From contig JAAOMT010000723.1 in NCBI GenBank assembly GCA_016748015.1, forward strand, positions 222,351-286,350: a DNA stretch of 64,000 nt, read 5' to 3'. Under the pieces are notes generated by a model. It was not told where the DNA came from and did no database searches. It saw only the letters and a list, made by a program, of their open reading frames with translations. Position numbers and translations under genes: made by a program. Of the stretch, positions 48,425-60,325 are shown one piece after another (position 1 is the first letter of the stretch; each line of letters opens with the position of its first letter). This DNA comes from Geosiphon pyriformis uo1. Taxonomy: Eukaryota > Fungi > Glomeromycota.

Positions 48425-49238
48425 ATGACCTCATGGAATAGAATGATTCAGGGTAGAATTAAATAAGGATTATTTTCCTTCAATAATTGATGATTTTTTC
48501 CAAAACTTGTTAATAATAATTATTGTATTTCTCACTACTTTTAAACTTTGATTTGTCTTTTAGAAAGGATCATTGATTCAGATCTTATTGATGGTTTTGC
48601 CGTGCTTACTGCTTATCATACCCAATGTATTTATTCATATGGAGAGTTGGAAGTATTATCAAAGGTAGACCTTTTTACCTCTTCAAATAATTTTCATTAT
48701 TTTAATTTAGCTCTTCAAATTTGTTTAGGTTGACCCTCAAAAGTTTCAAAGTCTCGGTAGAATCTTTGATAAGATCGATATAACTGGTAAGCTCAAATTA
48801 ATTTTTTATCTTCAAAGTTTTTTGGAAAAACGAAACCTCATTCATTCTTTTTTATATTATTTATAGACTCGGTCATCAAAATACCAAACATTCAATCTCA
48901 ATACCAAGTATTTTACAAATCAATGTCTAGGTATGGAATAAATTATATATTTGAACCCATTTTCAAAAAGTCCCTAGAATAATTTGGATAAGGCTTTTGT
49001 TTTTTCAGTCTTCATGGAATTTCTTCACTGAATCATTATCTGACAATCACCAGTTTTTCCCTTGGGGTAAGTAAAATTTTTATAAATAAAAAATTGTAAT
49101 CAAAAATTATGCAGATGATTCAGATAATGAGTTGGTTTTTTAATTATACTTTTTTCTTTCTAGATTTTTCTCGCAACATATCATTCGCAACAAGCCATCA
49201 AACATATAGAAGAATTAACAGATTTATTACGAAGATAA
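48425..49238 (+). CDS. Divergent profilin-like protein, six small exons (about 125 aa)
   Basis: Phase-consistent splicing gives MTSWNRMIQ-ERIIDSDLIDGFAVLTAYHTQCIYSYGELEVLSK-VDPQKFQSLGRIFDKIDIT-DSVIKIPNIQSQYQVFYKSMS-SLHGISSLNHYLTITSFSLG-IFLATYHSQQAIKHIEELTDLLRR*. Confidence 0.65.
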
Positions 49239-49588
49239 AATTTAATTACTTTTTAAAGGTGAATGCATTGCTTAATTTAACCTCGTCAAATGCAATTTTA
49301 AATAAAAGTTACCCACTTTTGATGAACTCATTGTTAATACTCGTTGCATTATCGATCATACATACATATAACCGTCTCAATTGTATTACGGGAAATTTAA
49401 ATGATGTCATTTTGATGTAATTTCTGTGATTGAAAAATTATTTTAGGTTTGGTGTGAATATCGAACTTTTAAATAAACGTTCAAATTTATGCTTAGAGCT
49501 TTTTATTGCTATTTTTTTTTGTTTTTTTTCAAGAAACTCTTGATTTTTTTCGAATTACAACTTTGAACCTCAGCATTAACCTTTAAAT

Positions 49589-51440
49589 ATGGCGCGTTTT
49601 GAAACCCTTGACCATCACACAGGTAGAGGTTTGGAATATATGTATATATATACTTTTTATTTTTCTTTATTTCTTATCGGTTTAAATTTTCTGTATAATA
49701 GACGAAGTTCTTGAAAAAGAAAACTGGTACACCTTAAATAACATGATATTCGCTGACCTGATAGCATTATGTCAAGAAAGGGGTATTTTTCCTTCGCTCA
49801 CCTTTGTTTTTCTCTTCCTTGACATTTTAAGAAAAAAACTAAACCGTAATAACTCCTTTTGCTTTGTTAATCATATAGGATTGCCTATAGAAGGTGATAA
49901 AACAGCTCTAGTTCAACAATTATTGGATTGGGTAAGTGTAATGGATTTTCCCTCACTTTGGTTTGAATTTACAAATTAATCATTGAAACTTGTCAAACTA
50001 GAAACAAAATACGCGTCCTGTCCCCGCACCTTCGACTCCAAGACTTATCTCAACTGATAAAGGAGCTGCTGCCCAACCCATGAAACTAAACTCTACATAT
50101 TGGGCCTCCTTATTCACAACTGGAGACTTGCAAAATATTGATTATCATAAATTGGAAGTTGGGAGAAAATTAGGTTCCGGAGGATTCAAAGATTGTTATG
50201 CAGGGAAATATGAAGGGGTAAAGTATTTCACTTTTCTATGGAATATTTTATATTCTCTCATAGTATGAGTTCACTGATATTTCTCAATTGATAATTTTAA
50301 GGAGCCAGTAGCAATCGGTGAACTACGTATTGTAAATTTCACCGAAGCAGATTTTCAAGAGATGAAACACGAGATTGACGTCCTCAAGTAATTTTTAATA
50401 TTTTCATTTCCTCTCGCTCTATGATATTTCTCTGCTCCTATATCTGACTAAAAATTTTCAAACCAGACAATTGCGACACGAAAACGTAATTAAATTTATT
50501 GGGGTATGCACAAAGACCAAACATTTATGCATTATCACCGAATTATGTGAAAATGGAGACATGTTTGATTACATGAGAAAAGCTCCTAAACCACCATTTA
50601 GCCAACAGGTAAATGAAAATATCAAGTTTTTCAATAGTTAAAATATTTTAATTTTCAACTAAATCCTCCTATTTATCTATCCTCACCCTTAGATCATGTT
50701 TATGCACGATATTGCCTTAGGTGTTTCATATCTACATACGCGTCGACCCAGTATAATACATCGAGATTTAAAATCTATGAATATACTTGTTTCTTCTGAT
50801 TTGCGCGCGAAAATAAATGATTTTGGTTTGGCACGTATTCGTCCTAGAGCCAATGCTAGTATGCATACTCAATGTGGGACTCCCAATTGGCAGGCCCCCG
50901 AATTTTGGGCCTCAAATCCAAGATATACCGAGAAAGTTGACGTAAGTAAATCTGGATTTTCTTTATTTTTTTCAACTGATGGTGCTGAAAATAACCGATG
51001 AATATAACTTTTCCCACTGTTAAAGATTTATGCATGCGCCCTCATATTTTGGGAAATTTTAACATGGAGTGAACTCGGATATCCATATCAAAACTATTCT
51101 GAACATCAACTATACGAAGCAGGTATATAAAAGATTGTTTTATTGGGATTTTTTATACTTCAAAAATTTCTGAGCCAATTTAAAATATATGATCAATCAA
51201 ATTTTAGTGAAGGACAAAGGCATCCGACCTAGTATTGAGGGATTAAAAAATTTTCCACCAAGTCTTCTTCGTCTGATCCAAGCAATGTGGCAGAAAGAGC
51301 CAAAAAAGGTATTTCATATTTTTTTGGTTATTCCAAAGTTAGAATTCGTTTCTTAGGTGATTTACCTTCTCTGTTTTGGCTCCTTAAAGCGACCGAGTAT
51401 GGGGATTGTGGTTGAACAACTTGGAGAATATCTAAGCTGA
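49589..51440 (+). CDS. Tyrosine-kinase-like (TKL) protein kinase with N-terminal SAP-like domain, multi-exon
   Basis: SAP-like LIALCQERGLPIEGDKTALVQQL. Kinase motifs LGSGGFKDCY, IIHRDLKSMNILV, DFGLAR and CGTPNWQAPE. Confidence 0.88.
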
Positions 51441-51973
51441 TGAATTAAACCTGAATTATCATTCGATTTATTGATTCACCTTATATCGTTTTCGCCAATA
51501 TTTCGTGCCATCCTGTTTTTATCCGGTTGATTGGAAATATTTTCCCTATGCCCCACTGTTTAATATTACTTGCTCCATTCTTTCCTTGAGTTATTCCTTT
51601 TATCATCGCTTAAACCCCTCACCAATTACAAACCCATCATTATTAATTCTAAAGCGTACGCTCAAAAACTCTTGATTTTCGGCCTCGTACAAATTCTATT
51701 ATGTATTATAAACTTTTGTTCGAATTTTTTTTCAAGATTGCGATTTTGCATGTTTGTATATTTGAAACTTTACCTTTTCTGAATATGTAACAATTTCATG
51801 CGGACTCCTCCCAAATAAAAACTTTGAGGTATTTATGTGTGTTACGTAGATCACACCTCATTCTATATAAGGAAAAGAGAAAAGCACATCCAAAAATTTT
51901 AATATAACGGTACAGATGAAAAAGTTGAAAGACATTCATTTTTCCCAATTTTGATAGTAACCCTTTTTCCAAC

Positions 51974-53079
51974 ATGTCGCAAAACCTTCTTTTCTCTACC
52001 GAACTCATCTCCTTCGAAGTTCAAGCCGCACTTCCTAAAGGTTACACCCTTCGCCCTTTGTCAAGTGACGACTACGAACGCGGGTTTTTAAAAGTTCTTT
52101 CTGTGCTCACAGTCATCGGGGACATTTCTAAAGCCATGTTTCTTGGTATGAAGGAATGCGGTCAATTTTAACACGTTGCTCACTAAGACTCCATAGACCA
52201 CAGAAGCTGATATAATTTTCTGACTCTATTTTTGCAACTCTCCCCAAATGGTTAATTAAAGAAAGGTTCAATTATTTAAAACAGCACAATCACGAATATT
52301 TTACGGTTGTTATCGCTGACCCAACGGACCGCGTCGTCGGTGTTGGTACAATATTCGTTGAGCGTAAATTCATTCGGAATACCGGGCTTGTAAATAATTT
52401 TACGAAATCTTCTTAATCCGTTAATTCAATTTCCAATTTAATCGGGCATTTTAATTTAGGTGGGTCATATTGAAGATATTGCTGTTGATGAGAGCCAACA
52501 AGGAAAGAAACTTGGCTTGAGGTAAGCTTTGTGGGTGGGAAGCTAGTTGAAGTATTAAAAGAATACCGACATACCCTGAAAGGGTGTTTCCATTTCATCC
52601 AAGTCTCCTGGTCTATGAATATACTAATTTCCTTTTTCTAGAGTCATTCAAGCGCTTAAATATATTGGGGCCAAAACAGGCTGTTATAAAGGTAACATAA
52701 TTTTATTATTAGTTTATCTTTTTCTTTTTTCTAATTTAAATCAATTTTTAATTCGTCGAATTCCTAAAGTAATTCTGGATTGTTCAGAAAAGGTAAAAGT
52801 CCTGATTCTTTGTTAAGATTCTCTAATTTTTTTGAGATTCTAAAATTTTAATGATATACTTGCTGCATTTTTTATCATGTGGTATCATTACAGAATGTGC
52901 CGTTTTATCAAAAGTGCGGGTAAGTATCAGGCTCGGGTTTATTATAAATGTTTTTGCTTTCCTGATTTTTTTCCAGATAGATTTTTTCGGTTTCTAAAAC
53001 AAGATTTTTTTTCAGTTTTACGCGTAAAGAAGTCGAAATGGTTTGGTATACTGATGAGCCGCCCAAGGCCAATTTATAA
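51974..53079 (+). CDS. GNA1: Glucosamine-6-phosphate N-acetyltransferase, multi-exon with micro-exons
   Basis: LPKGYTLRPLSSDDYERGFLKVLSVLT; VGTIFVERKFIR; GHIEDIAVDESQQGKKLG; GCYK-VILDCSEK-NVPFYQKCGF. Confidence 0.92.
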
Positions 53080-53248
53080 AACCCAAATCGGGTATCGATA
53101 TTTAAATGTTCCTGTCACATTGTTGAAAATGGTACTAATTATTCATTAATAAAATATTATCCTCCGAAATTTTGTTTTATATTCGATGCATGTCACACGA
53201 GTGTAATCTCCTTTTCCAGTTAATCAAATATTTCGAATAAATAAAAAA

Positions 53249-54580
53249 ATGCTATACCTAAAATTTGCATGCAGATTGATCAAAATTTGCCAACTTCCTT
53301 TTTGTGATTTAGTTGACGACATGGCAACTTGCCAACGTCTTTACACCTTTTCCCACCTATTGATCACCTATTTCTTATTCGTTCTTTCTATATTGGTAGT
53401 CCTAAATTGTGCAGAATTAGAGCCAGCTTCAGCAAAATCACCTGGAACAGAACAGAGTCAGTTTGCACGTTTTGAACAACTTCTCGCTGGTGACGGATCA
53501 GCTCCGTTTTTATTCGAGGAGACAAACTTGGATGCCATCGAAGATTCTAAAGCTTTGCGCCAATGGGGTGAAAACCTGGCAAAAGCGGCTGTGAAGGGTA
53601 AAGTACAACACATTTTAAAAAACCACCCACCACCTTCAGTTGCTAAAAGTGTTGTGAACCATATTTTGGGAAATCCTGGTAAACGGACACGGCATCGTAC
53701 CCCATCACCACCATCGAAAAGTTTCCGAGCAGCTTCCAACACCATGACTGAGAAAAAAACTGACATTCTAAAAGCATTGTTGTTGCTCGATTCTATTTAT
53801 GATTCGGTCTCTGAGATTCCTTATTTTCGTACCGAGGAAGCGTTCGAACCAAACGCTCCGCGCTCTCCTGCTGTAGAAGTTATAGTTACTTCATTAGTAA
53901 TTCGTGGTAAACAAACTTTTGACAATTTTATTGACGCTACCTCTTCAACAACCGGCACAGCTTGTAGTTCTACCAATAAAACGTATCATAATCAGTCGGA
54001 TCGTTCAATATTCTACAATTCTTTATCAGCCGGACTCTCGTCTGGCATTTTGACGCGACTATCCAAGAATTCCAATATTGACTTCAAAACGAATATCTTG
54101 ATCGATGTGATGAGTACATTGGCTATTCAAATTCATATGGTTAAGAGTATTGCTTCGTTAGCAGGCTTGGATACAGACGATGACGCGGTACGCACCATGA
54201 TTTATTTGTGCATCGCGTCCGATAGTGTGAAGAGTTTAATGGCACAAGCTGCGCGTGACTTGGCGATTATTTCAATGCGACGAATGGTTGGTAAAATTCC
54301 AAGTTCGGCCTTAGCTGCCATAAATAAACGCGTTGCGATGAAGCTGATTACCAAAGGAAAAATAGGGTTAGTCAGTTTGGCAAGCTTGGTGCCTCTAATC
54401 GGTGATTTAATCATTTTTATAGCAGACGGGATGTCAACTTATGGAATTGGTAAAGTAGCAAAATTTGTATTTTGTCCATTACCTACGGTTCCACCATCAG
54501 AAGACCAGGGATCATCATCATCATCATCACCACCATCACCATCTTCCTCAGTCTCAGTTAGTTTAAAACCTGAATTATAA
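53249..54580 (+). CDS. Intronless secreted or membrane-anchored protein with C-terminal EcsC-like domain
   Basis: 443-aa ORF (alternative start 53321) with an N-terminal hydrophobic segment. C-terminal LAIQIHMVKSIASLAGLD..VRTMIYLC..INKRVAMKLITK..LVPLIG..DGMSTYGIGKVAKFVF resembles the EcsC family. Confidence 0.75.
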   Translation: MLYLKFACRLIKICQLPFCDLVDDMATCQRLYTFSHLLITYFLFVLSILVVLNCAELEPASAKSPGTEQSQFARFEQLLAGDGSAPFLFEETNLDAIEDSKALRQWGENLAKAAVKGKVQHILKNHPPPSVAKSVVNHILGNPGKRTRHRTPSPPSKSFRAASNTMTEKKTDILKALLLLDSIYDSVSEIPYFRTEEAFEPNAPRSPAVEVIVTSLVIRGKQTFDNFIDATSSTTGTACSSTNKTYHNQSDRSIFYNSLSAGLSSGILTRLSKNSNIDFKTNILIDVMSTLAIQIHMVKSIASLAGLDTDDDAVRTMIYLCIASDSVKSLMAQAARDLAIISMRRMVGKIPSSALAAINKRVAMKLITKGKIGLVSLASLVPLIGDLIIFIADGMSTYGIGKVAKFVFCPLPTVPPSEDQGSSSSSSPPSPSSSVSVSLKPEL

Positions 54581-54776
54581 GATGCTACAGAAAATGATTA
54601 GACTCAAGATTGAATTTAAATGTGAAGTTTTGCTATTAAGAATAACAATTTGCCGGACTATCTTTCCAGCTCTTGACACTTTGATTTCTATGCATATTAT
54701 ATTTTAGTTCTAAGTAATGAAAATATTATCGTATAATACTTTAGATTATGAGTGAATAGTAATAGTAATTTTTGTC

Positions 54777-57538
54777 CTAGTCTGCCTTGATAGCTGGAAT
54801 TTAGAAAAAAACTTGTTAAAAATGTTGAAATTTCAAAAAATGTAAAAATTTAGACCAAACTTACCAGAATAAATTTTTCTTACAAACCAATAAGTACCGA
54901 AAAATCCCAAAGTTCCCGTTAGCAAACCAAATACACAAGAAGCGAGAAAACTATACATGAAATAAACGAGGGTTGGAATGAAGCCCGTAATTTGCAGTTT
55001 GGCAAAGTAGAAAATACTATATAGGAAAATATAGATGGCTGAGCTGCCACCGACAAAAAATGAACGCCACCACCAGTGATAATTCTGGGTTGAATGAGAA
55101 ATAATGCGCATTAATTAAAATTAATAGATGTTTATCAAATATCATAAATAGTTTACCTCTCCACACAACTGAAAATAGGTGATCACAATGGCTATCTCAA
55201 TTACTGTCACGACCAAAATGATAAAGACCAATCCAAGAAACCCAAACATATAGTAAAACTGATCTTGCCATATGGACTTCAGTATGAAAAAAAGCTCAAT
55301 AAAGATAACCGCAAATGGCATCAAGCCACCAATCATTATGCTAAGAAACGGTGAGAAAATGTAAAAAACCAAGATTATCTTGTTTAAAAAAAGATGAGCG
55401 CACTAAAATGTCTTACCTGACACCAGGTTGTAAATACCAAACTGATTCTGGAATTTGTCGAGGAATTTGGTTGGTACGTACGGGATGTTCAATTATCTTC
55501 TTCTTATAACCAAAGTACGCTCCTATGAGCGCAAGTGGCAAAGAAATGAAGAACCAAATAGAAATCAAAGCAAAAAAAGTTCCAAAAGGTATGGCACTCG
55601 ATGAATGTTGTGACCAGATGAAAAAGTTGAGCGCGAATATGACACCGAATATAAAACCCGGAAATAATATCGAGGTCTGTAAAGCAGATCGTCAAAATAA
55701 ATAACTTTTGTAAAATATTGATCAAGACATTAAAATTGAGGATAACTTACGACAACAGCATTTTTTTTCCAAGCAGTCCCCTTAAATACTTTATACATTC
55801 GCGAGCTGTAGTATCCAGCAAAAACACTTTGGCGGAAAAAAATTAGTTAATCACATGTCCAGCTTGAATAGAAAGAACTTTCTTATACATACGCCGAGAA
55901 AGCAAATAAAAATAGAGCAAATGATAGAAATCCACCACGATATGAAGGGTTTAAAACACCCAGAATCGAAAATACTATGAGAATTTTAAATGTTTATTAA
56001 TATGTATTGATAGAGAATTTAATTTAATAAAAGTCAATACCCATAGTAAAGATCCCCATTAATAAAATTTGGACCCCTGATCCGAGCAAAGGGGCTAGAA
56101 AGCCACCCCATTTTGGCGGTCTGAAAACATCACCATGAACTAGTTTCCAACCTGTAGTATCATCTTGATCTTCCTAGCAATTTTAGACAAATTTTAGCAT
56201 GTCGATTGTTTCAATGAAATTTAAGAAGAATATTTTACGAACAAGTTTCAAATCTTTTTCGTTATAAGAAGCGATATCTTTGTTAAGAGTTCGAAGCATG
56301 ATGATAGCCACCATCGCAGACAGGAACAGAGCAATAATAAGGGAATTTATAATGGAGTACCAATGAATTTGTGGATCTGTATTGACTAAGTAAAGATCCC
56401 AACGATTTCCCCAAGATACTTGTTTATTCTTTCAAAAGGATTGAGAAAATAATGAGATTTAAATAAAATAACAAAATTAAGAATGATGAATATCTTTAAA
56501 ATTATTATTTACCTCTATCCATTCAACAGAATATGAATAAGTTACTGACACACTCCCGTTACCAACTTCCAATTTTTCATTTTTAGAGTTTTCCGGTTTG
56601 TCAGGGCAAATGTTTTTTAATGCATTGATTCTAGAGTAAAATATTTAAGTCAAGGATTAGAAACTTCTTTGGATCAAGTTTAATTAATGAGTGATTATTT
56701 GTTGACACACATACACTTACGAATATGGTTCAACTTCAAATCCGACAATCAAGTATCCATTGGGATCGTTATCTTTTTTCTCATACAAAATCTTAATGGC
56801 AAAATGATTGTTAAGATATGCCGTCTTGTCGTTTCGCTGGCAAAATAAAAGCGAAATTTGATTAGCTTTCTATTTGATTTCACATAATTAAACCTATAAG
56901 TCATAAATGCACCTTATCTTCAGTTTGGCCGAGGTTAAACCCAACTTCATATTGTCTTTGTTTTCCATCTGCCGTGGGATATGCAGTTGCACCGGGAAGG
57001 TTATCAACGATCCTGAAATTGAGTCAACTCAAATTGATATCAAGATTAAAGAAACCCAAAAATGGGAGCAAACCAACTCACCATTCAACTCGATAATCTT
57101 TTTTGATTAATTGCTTAGCTCTCATTGATTCCCCGGCATTCAAATCTTTTGCACATACCACTAAGCATTCTTTATTAACTCCAACATTAAGCTATTTAAA
57201 AAAGGAGAGCAGAGTAAGAAACTTGAAAAATTAACTTAAATTCTTGCACAAGACAGATTTACCTTCAATTTCTCGGGGCCAAGTTCGATGCGATCACCGC
57301 GCAAAACCTCCCCCAAATTCAACCACCGATTTCCCCCTTTGCGAGCAGGACATACAAACGGAAGATCGCTATATGCAAAGGGAAGTTGAGTTTTATCGGA
57401 AAATATTTTATTGACATAGAGATCGACAGGTTCGTCATATTGAAAAGTTTTTGGGCTCAGTCCTGGAATATAGAAACCCGTGCCAAGCGGAATGCACAAC
57501 ACTAGCAGAAATATAATTGTTCTGTGTAGTAGCTTCAT
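54777..57538 (-). CDS. Transmembrane 9 superfamily (EMP70/TMN/nonaspanin) protein, multi-exon
   Basis: Signal peptide then FYIPGLSP..NLGEVLRGDRI; IHWYSIINSL; TGWKLVHGDVFRPP; HPVRTNQIPRQIP; NYHWWWRSF..IYS-AIKAD*. Confidence 0.93.
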
Positions 57539-57740
57539 GTTGGTTTGATGAGGGAGTTTCTGTTTCAAGATAACAGGAAAAGTTTGATAAATATTACCAA
57601 ATTGATGCAACAATACCGAACTTTTGGGACGCGTGATCCTGCGTTACCCTCTAAAAAGTCATCAAGACATGTGTGTTTAAAAACGAATTTGCGAGATTCT
57701 TATCAGAGAACTGGGTGTGCTTATTTTTAATCCTAAAAAA
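57539..57740. promoter_or_regulatory. Putative bidirectional promoter between the TM9SF and DnaJ genes
   Basis: Only 202 bp separate the two divergent start codons. Confidence 0.5.
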
Positions 57741-58878
57741 ATGTCAGAATATTTGAGTTTTCTTGGCTGGACCTTTCTACCACAGCTCGTGACCAACTGG
57801 CTTCAAAGTTTATATTACAAGCTTTCCTACCCAGTTGGAGCAAACGTACCGAAACCAGGACAACAAAAGTATTCACGACATCATAGTCGAATATATGCTT
57901 TTGTGGTGTTAGCTTATCTCGCTTATACAATCATTCAAGTTGATCAATCAATACAACCAAACTATTATAAGCTTCTTGACCTTGGTCGAGACTTTACTGA
58001 CAAAGAACTTAAGACAAACTCTCGAAAACTGTAAGTTATTAAACCGGGTTCCATTTTTTAGAAAGAGTTATTGACAAAGCTAGGGTTTTCACAGACATCT
58101 CCAATACCATCCTGATAAAAATCCTGGAGAAGAAGCAAAGGCCATATTCATAGTTATACGCACAGCATATGATACTCTCTCAGACCCCGTGAAACGTTTC
58201 GCATATGATAGGTGAAGGCTTTTTTATTTCTTTCGAACCTATTACGCCAAAAAATATCTTTCTAAATTGCTATATTCATTCTAAAGATTTGGCCCCGATA
58301 TTGAACGATGGGATCATTCAAAAACGATACGTGATTACCTATACAATGGGTGGTCCTCTTTTGTCGAATTTTATTTGGGCACCGGTCTTTTATTGCTTAT
58401 ACTCAATATCCTGGGGAAAGGACAATTTGGGCGATTCTGGAGATTTGTTGTATTTTTTGCGATGGGATGCCTGGAGGCAACTATGATACTTCATCCGAAA
58501 CCCCCGTTAATTCTATCCTTACTAATACCACATCGTGTCATTTTTGAACAAATTACGATATTACGACAAATCTTTATCACCACTTTTATTGGTTTGTCGC
58601 AAGTTGGACCAGTCTTGTTCCCTTCTGAATCAACCGATTTTCGTGAACCGCTACAAAGGCTGGATATTTTAAGCAATATAGTTGCAGAAGAAGCCACAAA
58701 TCACGTACGAGCAGGGTTTGAACCTTTCGCACGTGATCCACAGGGTAGAGCTGATTTGAAGAGAAAAATGGAGAAATTGGCGATGGATTCCTATTTGTAT
58801 ACGGATCCTGAATTCAATCGAATGTACAGTCAAGCCCATCAACGGATGGTCAGTCGGCGAAAAAATCCACGAGTTTAA
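57741..58878 (+). CDS. Membrane-associated DnaJ (J-domain) protein, multi-exon
   Basis: N-terminal [17 protein letters not shown]; J domain [29 protein letters not shown]; C-terminal TM helices. Confidence 0.88.
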
Positions 58879-59708
58879 TGAATATGTAAAAGGATTAATA
58901 ATTAATTTGCGCTCAAAGCTCCGCCAAAAAGCAGGTCTTTTTGAAAAATAAGATGCCTTTTGGGCAAATAAAAATGTTTCATAATTCTTATCTTCCAAAT
59001 ATGAAAACATGTGATCATTTTAATATGCTGTGTAAATCCTCAAAGAGACCATTTTCCATTTCTGGATTCGTTTTTAATGAGCGAATTTTTTGGAGATTAC
59101 AATTATTTAGCCATTTTATATCATGGTAATTATAATTAATTTGAAGAAAGTTAATATTAAAATAACACTTGTGGGGATTGGAATTTTTTCATTTAGTTAC
59201 AGCGTTATTTTTAATTAATACTAATCGAGTAGTTTTTAACCATTATTGTAACATTTTATTAAGACCAGTTTTTAAAGTCAAAATTTTCAAATATTATTTT
59301 TTGACAATCAGAAATAATAAAAAGATAAAATAAAATATTTTAAATTGTTTACTAATTTTATGTTAAATTAATAATAAAAAATATCAAAATAATTCAAATA
59401 GTTCAAATTTAAATCAATTTAATTATCAAAAAATTTTAACATTTAAATCACAAAATTGGCCAAATATTTATTTATAATTAAATTAAATTGCAAATATAAT
59501 TAATAAACATTATATTAGTTGTAATTCATTTTTATTTATTTATTTAACATATAAAGTTTTATTATTATTTATTACAATACAACAATCAAATGTTTTAAAA
59601 TAAACATATTTATGTACTTTTTATATTATTACTCATAAAAAAACATACAAGAAAATAGTAAAAAAAAGAACAGATAGACCAATAGAAGAATAGTAGTTAA
59701 CACATAAA

Positions 59709-59882
59709 CACATTGTTTAGCAATGTGAAGCATAATCAGAAATTATGGCACATTGCTCAGCAATATAAAGCATTGTCAAAAAATCATAGCATATTGTTCA
59801 ATAATATGGAACAATGTTAGAGCACATTGCTTAACAATATGAGTATTGCTCAAGAAATCATAGCATATTGCTCAAGAATGTG
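59709..59882. repeat. Degenerate tandem array of about 40-bp units with a palindromic core
   Basis: CACATTGC-TCA-GCAATGTG-like cores at 59709, 59749, 59790, 59823 and 59864. Confidence 0.65.
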
Positions 59883-60159
59883 AGTAATCTTATAAAACCC
59901 AAATTATGTATATATAGCAAGAGCATTAAAAGCAAAAAAAACAAATCAGACAGAATAAAATCAATATCAAGATCTCCATTGAAATACATCTTAGTTAAAA
60001 TTATCAATATTAATAAATAATTATTCACTATCTAAATTACTCTTCTTACAATCAATACTCTATGTTAATAGTATTTAATACTTGATTACACTGGAACAAT
60101 AGCTCTTAATTATGGTGTTACCTAAGTAAAAAAACTGATTTAAAGTTATAAAGAAACAT

Positions 60160-60325
60160 GACCAAAACATGACATAATACAGAATAGTGTGCAATAACAT
60201 TGGATAATGCATTATAACTTAAGATAATGCAAAATAACATGTTATAATGTGAGATAACACAGAATAATATGTAATAATACCAGATAACATATTATAATAT
60301 AGGATAACTAGTAATAACATAGAAA
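60160..60325. repeat. Degenerate ~10-bp tandem repeats (ATAAC/ATAAT core)
   Basis: Recurrent ataacac, ataatgc, ataacat and ataatgt about every 10 nt. Confidence 0.55.

Noticed and set aside
59709-59882. CRISPR-like array (palindromic repeats with spacers)
   Set aside because: Eukaryotic context, degenerate repeats, linkers similar to each other and too short, and no cas genes.
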